This document shows, piece by piece, positions 55,971-64,000 of a DNA stretch of 64,000 nucleotides (positions are counted from its first letter, which is position 1; every line of letters begins with the position of its first letter). A program made the position numbers and the translations under genes. The notes under the pieces were generated by a model, which did no database searches, had not been told where the DNA came from, and saw nothing but the letters and a program-made list of their open reading frames with translations. Location of the stretch: contig JAQBRG010000005.1 in assembly GCA_028286615.1 (NCBI GenBank), forward strand, positions 913 through 64,912, given 5' to 3'. The stretch comes from Parcubacteria group bacterium. GTDB taxonomy: Bacteria; Patescibacteriota; Minisyncoccia; Phycocordibacterales; Phycocordibacteraceae.

Positions 55971-56502
55971 ATTTACCCAGAGCTTTCTTCAAAGCATCAA
56001 CTAATTCAGGGAGCTCTGGTTGACCGAAATGGCCCCGGTCAGCAAACTCGTAGTACTCGGTCTTTAGTTCTTTATGTATTTCGTGGGCTTGAGGAAGTGG
56101 AATGTACGGGTCATCAATTGAAGCAAACTGCAGTATGAATTGTTGGTTATTGCGTATAGCAGTCCAGTCCCAAGGATCGTCAAAGTAATGGCTCGCCTTC
56201 TCTGTCTCATATCCTAAATCCGTAATGCTGGGAGCAACTAATACAGAGCCTAGAACTTTATTTGTTTCTGCATAACGCATTGCAGCTACCGCACCAGAAG
56301 AGTGTCCGATCAGAACAGTATTTTCATCCGCTTCCAATTCTTTTAGAAAAGGGAGCCAGTATTCCTTACGCGCCAATTCAGCGTCTGGGAATTGTGTATT
56401 TATGACTGCTATACCCAGATTCACAAGCTCTCGCTCAATGTATGGTGACCAGTTGTCTTCTGGAGATCCTCCACCATTCCCAGGAAGTATTATCGCTTTC
56501 AT
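55969..56502 (-). CDS. cassette gene G5: alpha/beta-fold serine hydrolase (YdeN/RBBP9-like)
   Basis: MKAIILPGNGGG...LIGHSSGAVAAMRYAE nucleophile elbow; compact promoterless cassette (21-nt leader after Rf, stop overlapping Re). Confidence 0.65.
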   Translation of the reverse strand: MKAIILPGNGGGSPEDNWSPYIERELVNLGIAVINTQFPDAELARKEYWLPFLKELEADENTVLIGHSSGAVAAMRYAETNKVLGSVLVAPSITDLGYETEKASHYFDDPWDWTAIRNNQQFILQFASIDDPYIPLPQAHEIHKELKTEYYEFADRGHFGQPELPELVDALKKALGK

Positions 56503-56523
56503 TATTGAAGTGTAACAAACTTC

Positions 56524-56580
56524 CTGGCAGTCTGGGACGATGTTGGAACCTTTATGCAATATGTGATAGGTTCTGTCTAG
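56524..56580 (+). repeat. repeat Rf (core + extended inverted-repeat arm)
   Basis: ctggcagtctgggacgatgttggaacct ttatgcaatatgtgat aggttctgtctag, then taaggag RBS and ATG at 56599. Confidence 0.8.
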
Positions 56581-56598
56581 GTAATAAGGAGATGCCAA

Positions 56599-57027
56599 AT
56601 GCAACGTGAGGTAGTTCTTGCACAGAAGACGCGTGACATTCAAGAAAGCCTGGAGTCATGGGCTCTCGAATCTGGCCTTTTAAGTCCAGGCGAGCAGCTA
56701 GTGTTTTCTCTTCGAATTGAGGGTAGCCCCATTGTCGTGCGCAATGTCGCCGATATGGAACCGCTACTGGAAATGAAAGTCATCGACTTCTTTAATGCGG
56801 AGCGTCTCCGTATGATCGATGCATCGTGCGGCAGAAAGGGCATCGCTACACGAGTTTTTAATGTCATCCGGGAGCAAGGCTATATGGATGACAACTGTAC
56901 CTTGCGAAATTTTCTCCAAAAGGAGACGGTTACAAGCCTACTTCGATATCCCAATTCTGGCAGACTGTGTACAAACGTATTGCGTGAGGTATTCAAGAAT
57001 GTCGGGCTCGTTCTAAGAGAAAAATAA
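56599..57027 (+). CDS. cassette gene G6: hypothetical protein
   Basis: 142 aa, preceded by extended repeat Rf and its RBS. Confidence 0.4.
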   Translation: MQREVVLAQKTRDIQESLESWALESGLLSPGEQLVFSLRIEGSPIVVRNVADMEPLLEMKVIDFFNAERLRMIDASCGRKGIATRVFNVIREQGYMDDNCTLRNFLQKETVTSLLRYPNSGRLCTNVLREVFKNVGLVLREK

Positions 57028-57072
57028 TCAACCGCGTAATGGGATTTCCGTTCATGCGGTTTTCCTATTTTG

Positions 57073-57129
57073 CTGGCAGTCTGGGACGATGTTGGAACCT
57101 ATTTGCAATACATGCTAGGTTCTGTCCAG
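57073..57129 (+). repeat. repeat Rg (core + extended inverted-repeat arm)
   Basis: ctggcagtctgggacgatgttggaacct atttgcaatacatgct aggttctgtccag, followed by the RBS and ATG at 57156. Confidence 0.8.
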
Positions 57130-57155
57130 ACCCTTTGAATCGAAAGGAATGTGAG

Positions 57156-57665
57156 ATGGCGGTAAACGTACCGGAAATAATTGCACTGAGCAGTGAGCGA
57201 CTTGGGATACCTGGCATCCTCGCACTTTTCCAGGTTGCGCATGAACGTGGAATTGGGTTGGGCGGGGCTTCAAAGGAAAGAGAGTCGGAAGCTCCAGAAC
57301 CAGTCTATGCGCTCGACGTGTTCCAGCTCTGCGACGACTTCGGGAATTTCCTCTGCCGGGCTGTCGAAATGGCAGTGAACGACTTTCTCGAGAAGCCAGG
57401 GTACGAGCACAGCGCCGAACTCGTCGTGTATGCATACGACGAGAGGCGCCGTGGCCGTTCCAACTCCATACCTGCGCTTCTCGGTGATGGCGATTGGGGT
57501 GATACTCTCGATCATGCCGTTGGCGAAGCAATCACCAACTTCATCAAAAACGGTGGCTGCCGCGACATTATCACGCTCGCTGTTCGGGTGTATCACGGGA
57601 GAAAACGGAGCAAGCTCGGCAGATTCGAAGTCGATCTCACTCGCTATCCCGCTACAGAGCATTAA
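57156..57665 (+). CDS. cassette gene G7: hypothetical protein (high-GC)
   Basis: 170 aa (MAVNVPEIIAL...), preceded by extended repeat Rg. Confidence 0.4.
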   Translation: MAVNVPEIIALSSERLGIPGILALFQVAHERGIGLGGASKERESEAPEPVYALDVFQLCDDFGNFLCRAVEMAVNDFLEKPGYEHSAELVVYAYDERRRGRSNSIPALLGDGDWGDTLDHAVGEAITNFIKNGGCRDIITLAVRVYHGRKRSKLGRFEVDLTRYPATEH

Positions 57666-57719
57666 GCGATTGAATCTCTTAAAGAGGCCTGGAAACGGGT
57701 CTCTTATCTTTAATAAGTT

Positions 57720-57747
57720 CTGGCAGTCTGGGACGATGTTGGAACCT
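57720..57747 (+). repeat. repeat Rh (core)
   Basis: ctggcagtctgggacgatgttggaacct; TAA of the minus-strand MazG-like gene lies immediately 3' of it. Confidence 0.8.
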
Positions 57748-58062
57748 TTATACCTCAAACCTCCTATCTAATTCATCCATAGTTATCAGAAAGGACTGCT
57801 CCAGATCAATATCGTACTTCTTTGCGATAACGAGGAGGGACCACAAGCAATCTGAAAGCTCATGTCTTAACCTTTCATCAACGTCATCCAAATCCCTAAC
57901 CCCCTCCTTAGTCATTACAAGCTTCATAAGATCGCCTACGTCACCCACAAACCCCTGGGCAATTTCACCCGGTGTCCACTCACGACCGTATTTGCTCTTT
58001 TCAAGTATTGAATACTTTTCTCGCACGTCCATTGCTCGCTCACTGAGCTGCTTTAAGTCCAT
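57748..58062 (-). CDS. cassette gene G8: MazG-like nucleotide pyrophosphohydrolase
   Basis: EIAQGFVGDVGDL...ELSDCLWSLLVIAKKYDIDLEQ MazG all-alpha NTP-PPase signature. 336-nt cassette exactly bounded by Ri and Rh. Confidence 0.65.
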   Translation of the reverse strand: MDLKQLSERAMDVREKYSILEKSKYGREWTPGEIAQGFVGDVGDLMKLVMTKEGVRDLDDVDERLRHELSDCLWSLLVIAKKYDIDLEQSFLITMDELDRRFEV

Positions 58063-58083
58063 GAGTTGAGTGTACCAGAATCG

Positions 58084-58111
58084 CTGGCAGTCCGGGACGA
58101 TGTTGGAACCT
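58084..58111 (+). repeat. repeat Ri (core, one mismatch)
   Basis: ctggcagtccgggacgatgttggaacct; 21 nt from the ATG of the minus-strand MazG-like gene. Confidence 0.8.
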
Positions 58112-58212
58112 TCTTAAATAAGGCTGATTTGACTTATGCATAATAATGTGCTATTCTAGACGTAGACTTGAATCAGAGCTCCTCGCAATCAATTTAAGAG
58201 AAGGATCGCTAA

Positions 58213-58635
58213 ATGCGCCTCAATCTGCTTGCAGTCCTAGCGACTACGGCCATTTTGGCACTGCCTGGCGGTGCTTTAGCTCAGGCGGTCGCGCCACCAG
58301 TAATTCCGGTCGTCGTCATGCCGAGCGATGCGCATATCACGCACACGCCCGGCTACTACCGGTTCGATACCACCCATTTCATGGTGGTTCGGTGGAACGG
58401 CGGCCTGCTCTCGAAAGTCGAGGACGAATATGTCAGCGGCATCTTCGAGAAGTGTGACTCGCAGTTCTTGGCTCCCGGGCCAAACCCAGGCCACGACAGG
58501 CCGATCGACTTCAGTGCGTTGCTCTCCGGCTTCCGCACCTGCGTGCGTACCTCGCTCGATGGGGCACGTCGGCAGAACATTCTTCCCGGCGACTATGACT
58601 ACGTCGTCATGGAAGCTCCCCTCTTTCGGCGCTAA
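58213..58635 (+). CDS. cassette gene G9: small secreted protein (high-GC)
   Basis: Signal peptide MRLNLLAVLATTAILALPGGALA; own promoter TTGACT-17-TATTCT at ~58117..58145. Confidence 0.45.
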   Translation: MRLNLLAVLATTAILALPGGALAQAVAPPVIPVVVMPSDAHITHTPGYYRFDTTHFMVVRWNGGLLSKVEDEYVSGIFEKCDSQFLAPGPNPGHDRPIDFSALLSGFRTCVRTSLDGARRQNILPGDYDYVVMEAPLFRR

Positions 58636-58712
58636 TCGCGCCTGCTTCGACCCAAGGCACGTGAATATCGATTTAATTCGATCTCTTCACGTGCTTTTTC
58701 TTATAGATATTG

Positions 58713-58740
58713 CTGGCAGTCTGGGACGATGTTGGAACTT
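58713..58740 (+). repeat. repeat Rj (core, last copy)
   Basis: ctggcagtctgggacgatgttggaactt, followed by a hairpin at 58752..58775. Confidence 0.75.
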
Positions 58741-58775
58741 TTATATAAAAAGGGCCGCACTCGAAAGCGCGGCCC
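58741..58775 (-). terminator. terminator-like hairpin between the M23 peptidase 3' region and the repeat array
   Basis: gggccgcac tcgaaa gcgcggccc stem; T-run on the minus strand (ttttatataa). Confidence 0.4.
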
Positions 58776-59088
58776 GGACATGATCTGAAGCGATTTAACA
58801 ACGTGGTATCCCAAGGATGGCTCAAGCGAATCTAGCGACCCGCGGTCAACGCCTCCCACGTATCCTGTATTTCAGTAAAAGAAGCTTCAGTTCCACCATG
58901 AAAGGATTTCAACCTTTCTCTTCAGCACAGCCTGTGTGCAATAGCATTCTTCTGATTATCCATTGAAGGAGTTGGGCCGGTAGTCTGCGTGACCCTCAGA
59001 ATTAAGCGGTAAGCACCTGGTGTTGTCCGGACGCAGGATAACACACGTTCCATCGTAGCCAAGTATTACTGGGAGACTAGGTATCGAA

Positions 59089-60435
59089 CTACAAATACGA
59101 CATCGGATTCAAGTACGCATCTATAGGAGCAACTGGCATCGAAGCACTGGCACACGGGGTTGTTGCGCCACGATACTGCCCGAGAGTTGTAATCTGGACA
59201 CCGGCTGCAGCGTATACGCCGAAGTGCACGTGAGGTCCTGTTGCGTATCCGGTCATACCGGAGTATCCAAGAACTTGCCCTGTGCTAACCGCCTGTCCTG
59301 TGGTTACACCAATAGAAGACATGTGCGCGTAGAGCGTTGCTAGTCCGTTCGCGTGCTTAACCATCACCCACTTTCCGAACGAGTAACATCCAGGAACCGC
59401 ATCAGTGTTTCCTGTAGCAAGTACCGTACCTGAAAGCGCAGCAAGAAGCGGTGTGCCGACAGGCATACCAATATCAATAGCGTTATGTCCTGAACCGTTG
59501 TATATCTGCGCGTTAGCCGTAGCGAATGCCGTGTTGCCGAAATATTGCGTGATGCAGTACGGGTTTCCAAGCGCAGATGCTTTTCCAACACAAGACTGAG
59601 CAAACGTTTCAGAATAGGGCCATTTCAATATGCCTTGTCCTACGGCCGTAACATTTCCTTGTCCCACAGACTTCAGGCTGCTTTGAAGAGCAGAAAGCTC
59701 AGACTCAAAGGATTTCTGCTGCGCTTTCTTCTGAGCGATAATCGACTGATAGTTCGACTCCTGGCTCTTGGTCTGAGCAAGAAGACGATCCTTCTCAGTC
59801 TTGGCTACATCAAGTGCTTTCTTTTGAGACGCGAGCTGATCTCTAAGTTTTGAGAGTCCGTCTTTGGTTGCGCTTACATCTTCGTGCTGGTGCGTAAGAT
59901 CTACCTTTGCGGTTGAAAGACTTGCAGCTTTCGCGCGGAGTGCCTGGCCAACAGCAGCCGTTGCGTCAACAGAAGACCACGCGTCTGCAAGACTATCTGC
60001 AGAGAAGAGCTGTTCAACTAGTGACGTGTCGCTTGCATCTGCCATTTCCCGTAGAGAGCTCGCAAGAGTCTTCTTGTCTAGATCGATAAGGCTTTGCTTG
60101 TCTGCAATATCAAGAGCAAGCTCGTTCAACTTCAAGTTGCTCGAGGTTATCTTGTTCTGCGTTACGTTGATCTGCGTACTGGTCTGCTGGCGCGAGACAT
60201 CAATAGATTTAATCGCGCTTTGGAGCGTCTGCTTCTGGCCGCCAATAACATTCAGTTGTTGCTGGTACTGCGCAATCTCTGCCTCAAGATTTTTAATCTT
60301 CTGGTTCTGTACGTCTATCTGCGCCTGTATATCTGTCTTCTCGTCTGCAAACAAAGACTTAGGTGCAATGCTCTCTAGGGTTCCGAAGAACGCGAGGAGT
60401 ATTAAAAGGAATGTAAGTGAGCGTAAGAACTGCAT
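59089..60435 (-). CDS. M23-family peptidase with N-terminal coiled-coil (EnvC/murein hydrolase activator-like)
   Basis: Signal peptide, long Gln/Lys/Ala coiled-coil, C-terminal LytM domain HNAIDIG...YAHMSS...GPHVHFGVY. Confidence 0.8.
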   Translation of the reverse strand: MQFLRSLTFLLILLAFFGTLESIAPKSLFADEKTDIQAQIDVQNQKIKNLEAEIAQYQQQLNVIGGQKQTLQSAIKSIDVSRQQTSTQINVTQNKITSSNLKLNELALDIADKQSLIDLDKKTLASSLREMADASDTSLVEQLFSADSLADAWSSVDATAAVGQALRAKAASLSTAKVDLTHQHEDVSATKDGLSKLRDQLASQKKALDVAKTEKDRLLAQTKSQESNYQSIIAQKKAQQKSFESELSALQSSLKSVGQGNVTAVGQGILKWPYSETFAQSCVGKASALGNPYCITQYFGNTAFATANAQIYNGSGHNAIDIGMPVGTPLLAALSGTVLATGNTDAVPGCYSFGKWVMVKHANGLATLYAHMSSIGVTTGQAVSTGQVLGYSGMTGYATGPHVHFGVYAAAGVQITTLGQYRGATTPCASASMPVAPIDAYLNPMSYL

Positions 60436-60438
60436 CGG

Positions 60439-61872
60439 CTACAGTATACCAAGGGCAGTGCGTACTCGGGAAGCGGATTCCGCAGGACCTAGAAGAGAGA
60501 CAAGCGTAAAAGGGTCTGGAGAGCGTTCCTGTCCGGAAAGTGCGTAGCGTAGAGGCCATAATACCGCCCCGCGACCTCCCTTTCCTTTTGCCTCCTCAGC
60601 GTCAGCTACCGGCATAATGCGCTCTTTAACCTCTTCAACAGAAACGCCTTCCTGGAGGGCTTCCAGGGCCCCCAGAACGGCTTCTAGAGAGGGTTTTGTG
60701 ATACCTGGACGATCATCTGGCTCCTTGGCTACAAGCATCTCCTTGTTAAGAGTTGGTGCTGCGAAAAGGCCAGAAAGTTCGCCCAGAAGCATCTCCTTTG
60801 CTTCCTTAAATGTTTGAGACCGTTCTTTTATAAGAGGCACCGCTTTAAGAAGCATCGCAGGATCGTACCCTTCAAAATTTCCCTGTGCGAGATACTCCTC
60901 GTCTGTAAGCGCACGCATCCAGTGCTGGTTTATGTGGCGAAGTTTGTCCTCGTCTAGCTTCGCACCTCCCTTTTGTACATGAGAAAAATCAAACGCACTT
61001 GTTAATTCTTCTAGAGAAAGAAGTTCCTGATCTCCTTCCGGGTGCCATCCAAGAAGCGCGAGGAAGTTAACCATGGCGTGCGGGAGATATCCTTCTGCCT
61101 TGTATTCAAGGATATCTTTTGCGCCGTCTCGCTTGCTTAGCTTCTTCTTGCCATCGGGGCCGAGGATAACGGGCATGGTTGCTATCTCAGGACGCGTTAT
61201 ACCAAGAGCTTCATATAGAGATAGGAACTTTGGTGTTGAAGATATAAATTCTTCGCCACGCATGATGTGCGTAATACCCATTTCGAGGTCGTCGATGATG
61301 TGCGCGAAGTTGTACGTTGGATACCCGTCAGCCTTGATAAGAATGAAGTCGTCGAGCGCTTCTTCTCCTGCAGATAATTCTCCACGAACCAGATCGTTCC
61401 AGGTATAGCGTTTAACTTCGGGAACTTTAAATCGGAGGGGCTGGGTTCCGTCCCATGCACCAAACTCAGTTGGTCTATGATCTCGGAAAAGGAACGGTCT
61501 CTTTTCTTCCTCTGCTTTTGTGCGAAAAGCTTCAAGTTCTTCTTGAGTATAGGGATCTGGATACGCATGCCCGGCACCTATCAACTGCTGTGCATATTTC
61601 TTGTACGAATCCAATCGCTCAGACTGAAGGTATGGCGCATGAGGTCCTCCGATATCAACTCCCTCATCCCATTCAATACCCAACCATTTCAGACACTCAA
61701 TGATATGTATTGTCGAGCCTTCAACTTCTCGCTCTTTGTCCGTGTCTTCAATACGCAGAATAAATTGTCCCCCATGTTTTCGAGCAAACAACCATGCAAA
61801 GAGCGCAGTACGCACACCACCTACGTGCATAAAACCAGTTGGACTTGGAGCGAATCGGGTACGTACATTCAT
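60439..61872 (-). CDS. gltX: glutamyl-tRNA synthetase
   Basis: RFAPSPTGFMHVGGVRTALF (HIGH-class motif), KLSKR (KMSKS). Start at ATG 61872 (MNVRTRF). Confidence 0.9.
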   Translation of the reverse strand: MNVRTRFAPSPTGFMHVGGVRTALFAWLFARKHGGQFILRIEDTDKEREVEGSTIHIIECLKWLGIEWDEGVDIGGPHAPYLQSERLDSYKKYAQQLIGAGHAYPDPYTQEELEAFRTKAEEEKRPFLFRDHRPTEFGAWDGTQPLRFKVPEVKRYTWNDLVRGELSAGEEALDDFILIKADGYPTYNFAHIIDDLEMGITHIMRGEEFISSTPKFLSLYEALGITRPEIATMPVILGPDGKKKLSKRDGAKDILEYKAEGYLPHAMVNFLALLGWHPEGDQELLSLEELTSAFDFSHVQKGGAKLDEDKLRHINQHWMRALTDEEYLAQGNFEGYDPAMLLKAVPLIKERSQTFKEAKEMLLGELSGLFAAPTLNKEMLVAKEPDDRPGITKPSLEAVLGALEALQEGVSVEEVKERIMPVADAEEAKGKGGRGAVLWPLRYALSGQERSPDPFTLVSLLGPAESASRVRTALGIL

Positions 61873-61873
61873 A

Positions 61874-63016
61874 TTAAGAAGCCTGATGAGACAATCCAAT
61901 ACGCGTTATCTCGTCCGCTATAACCTGTGCAGCGTCTGCGTTTCCAAACGAGGCGCTCTTTGCACCCATTTCGCTTCGGAGAACCGGGTCTGCCCCAATA
62001 CGCTTTGCTTCAGAGGCGAGTACATGTGGCGTTAGATTGTCTTCCTCAAGCACAACCGCGGCACCAGTGTGTGCATACGCATATGCGTTCGTGCGCTGGT
62101 CGTGACTAACGGACTCAGGAATAGGAATAAGAATGGCGGGCTTTCCCCAAAGAGAAATCTCCGTTATGGACGTTGCTCCTGCGCGCGATATAACCAGATC
62201 CGCAGCTCCCGCAGAACGGCGAATGCTTTCTGCGTTTAAGTATGGGAACGCATGATATCTGTTTGCGTGTTCGCTTCCCGTTAGGATAACTTTGCTTGTT
62301 TGTTCGGTCTCAGCAAACAACGTCTTCCCTGTCTGGTGTATAACGTTCGCGAAAGCAACAAGGTCTGGAAGCGCATCGAGTACGGTTTCGTTAATGCGTT
62401 TGGAGCCTGAAGATCCGCCAAGAATGAGTATGGTTGGAATATCTGCATCAAGTCCGAGAAGTTGGTGCGCCCCTTCGCGCTCAATGTGTGCAACCTCTTT
62501 GCGTACGGGAATGCCTGTTCGAGCTATCTTGCTCCTGGTCTTTGACGGGAAATACTGTGCTGCGCTATCAAAGGCAACACCGATACGCGTTGCGTACTTT
62601 GCGGCAAACAAGTTCGCGCGTCCTGGCTTAGCATCTGACTCATGCACGATTATAGGAATACGTAGGAGATGTGCGGCAAGAACGGTAGGGACGCTTGCGT
62701 ACCCTCCCTTTGAAAAGACCACATCAGGGTACAGCTTAAGAAGCGTAAAGAATGCAGATACCGTTCCCGTTAACGTCTTGAAGATATCGGTTGCGTTCTG
62801 AATTGAGAAGTATCTACGAACTTTTCCTGCGGGAATCTTTACGAAGATAAGATTGTTCGCAAAGAGTGCCTGCTCGTCATACGGAGTGTCAGAGAAATAG
62901 TAAAGCTGGGGCGGAAGCAGTCTGCGACCTTCCGCTATGTCTTTAAGCGCTTCTGCTACCGCGATGAGGGGATAGAAATGTCCTCCGGTTCCCCCGCCCG
63001 TGAATACCACTTTCAT
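61874..63016 (-). CDS. murG: undecaprenyldiphospho-muramoylpentapeptide beta-N-acetylglucosaminyltransferase MurG
   Basis: MKVVFTGGGTGGHFYP N-terminal G-loop and C-terminal UDP-GlcNAc binding region. Confidence 0.85.
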   Translation of the reverse strand: MKVVFTGGGTGGHFYPLIAVAEALKDIAEGRRLLPPQLYYFSDTPYDEQALFANNLIFVKIPAGKVRRYFSIQNATDIFKTLTGTVSAFFTLLKLYPDVVFSKGGYASVPTVLAAHLLRIPIIVHESDAKPGRANLFAAKYATRIGVAFDSAAQYFPSKTRSKIARTGIPVRKEVAHIEREGAHQLLGLDADIPTILILGGSSGSKRINETVLDALPDLVAFANVIHQTGKTLFAETEQTSKVILTGSEHANRYHAFPYLNAESIRRSAGAADLVISRAGATSITEISLWGKPAILIPIPESVSHDQRTNAYAYAHTGAAVVLEEDNLTPHVLASEAKRIGADPVLRSEMGAKSASFGNADAAQVIADEITRIGLSHQAS

Positions 63017-63033
63017 ATTTCCCTGATTATAGC

Positions 63034-63861
63034 CTAAACTGCTGGTTTATCCGCTTCTGGAGCCTTGGGACGGTATGCCGAGAGGTTAACAACAAGCACC
63101 AAGAGCAAGAGTATCGAGTAGCTGAATGGAGGCATGGGTAGATGGAGGATGAGTAGAATCGCTGCCACAATCTCAGCAAATGTTGCTGCGTGTATTGCTG
63201 CTTTGTACGAGTCCTTGTATCCCCAGGTACGCTTCATGAGCTTGGCGATAAGGAATACTACAAGTCCTATAACAAGCAGATAGATGAGCGCAAACAGATT
63301 TAGCACAGTAAAGAATAGAAGCGCGAGAATAGTTGTAAGAATTCCTCCTGGAATAAGATACGAAGAAAGTTTCCCTCCCCATGCACGAACAATCTCCTTC
63401 GTAAGAGTGAAGTTGCCAATATCTTTAAGCGGCATGATGCGCTGCTGTCCATCTTCCTGTTCTATAACAACCGCATCCTTCTTAACGAGTACGTAGGTTG
63501 AGTATTCTTCGAGCTGCGAAATGGTGTAGGGAGTCTGCGTATCTATAACAACTAGGTTCTTGGTTTTGGTCTGTCCTGCTGTTGCAGCAACAAAGTACGG
63601 CTCCTTTGCCGTTGTAGAAGCTATGCCATTTTCAACAGATAGCTGAAGATCGTCCGGGTATTGCCCAACCGCCTGGTCTATCGTTGCTTGGGAGAAGAAT
63701 GAGAATATTCCTGGAATAAAGACAATGGTGGTAACAAGAGCAAGCAAGAACGAGAGCCCAACGAAATACTTTATTGAAGAATTGAGGCGTCGAGCAGGAA
63801 TCTCAGCATAAAAGCTTGGGTTGTAGATGCTGCTGACAAGTGTGCGGAAGAAGTTTTTCAT
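63034..63861 (-). CDS. hypothetical polytopic membrane protein (DUF1189-like?)
   Basis: MKNFFRTL... with several TM helices; start trimmed to the internal ATG. Confidence 0.4.
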   Translation of the reverse strand: MKNFFRTLVSSIYNPSFYAEIPARRLNSSIKYFVGLSFLLALVTTIVFIPGIFSFFSQATIDQAVGQYPDDLQLSVENGIASTTAKEPYFVAATAGQTKTKNLVVIDTQTPYTISQLEEYSTYVLVKKDAVVIEQEDGQQRIMPLKDIGNFTLTKEIVRAWGGKLSSYLIPGGILTTILALLFFTVLNLFALIYLLVIGLVVFLIAKLMKRTWGYKDSYKAAIHAATFAEIVAAILLILHLPMPPFSYSILLLLVLVVNLSAYRPKAPEADKPAV

Positions 63862-64000
63862 GATGGGTTCATTATTACATGAAAACCGACCTCTATGCAG
63901 AGGCCGGCATCTCATCTAGCTTGTCCCTGTATTTGTTGATTGTGCCTTGGAGTTGGGAATGGAGAGGCTGTGGCGGGTTGTCGAGCGTATACCAGCCTAT

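Larger units (their letters stand above)
53152..58740 (+). repeat. array of 10 direct repeats (28-nt core CTGGCAGTCTGGGACGATGTTGGAACCT; three copies extended to ~57-nt with an inverted repeat GGAACCT-N16/17-AGGTTCT), each separated by exactly one small gene: integron-like/CALIN-like cassette array
   Basis: Core copies at 53152, 53753, 54438, 55301, 55943, 56524, 57073, 57720, 58084, 58713, all in the same orientation, spaced 364-863 bp. Sharp left boundary. Stop codons of minus-strand genes abut the AACCT end. Confidence 0.85.

Noticed and set aside
53152-58740. Regularly spaced direct repeats could be a CRISPR array
   Set aside because: The intervening segments are 364-863 bp and each contains a full ORF. 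The repeats lack CRISPR-like palindromy and length, and no cas genes are present.
53152-58740. Repeats as sigma-54 promoters (TGGCAG resembling the -24 TGGCAC element)
   Set aside because: No TTGC -12 element at the required spacing. Repeats also occur at 3' ends of genes and overlap stop codons.

Overview
This 64-kb window is gene-dense and moderately AT-rich (roughly mid-40s % GC). It probably comes from a small-genome bacterium, possibly a CPR/Patescibacteria-like lineage, but that assignment is tentative. Most of the window is housekeeping. There is a lone mreB, then a proS / mreB-paralog / mreC / mreD / mrdA block, and a truncated dcw cluster with a periodic MraZ operator (mraZ, rsmH, ftsL, ftsI, murF). 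Other core genes are frr, rseP, greA, recR, dnaB, cysS, corA, ctpA, rplU, rplI, rpmA, truB, lexA with a palindromic operator, gltX, murG and a tRNA-Glu(CUC). Several compositionally foreign high-GC genes are embedded in this backbone: a proteobacterial-type outer-membrane beta-barrel, a gene next to the tRNA, and two others. Two accessory loci stand out. The first is a retron-type reverse transcriptase (NAxxH motif) fused to a C-terminal DnaG-type zf-CHC2 zinc finger, preceded by about 700 nt of structured non-coding DNA and a hypothetical partner gene. The second is a 5.6-kb integron-like array (53.1-58.7 kb) of ten direct copies of a 28-nt repeat, each separating a single small, unrelated gene. 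The minus-strand genes are compact and promoterless, and their stop codons abut the repeat. The plus-strand genes carry their own promoters. The cargo is typical of chromosomal integrons (Nudix, VOC, MazG, alpha/beta hydrolase, DUF218, small secreted proteins).
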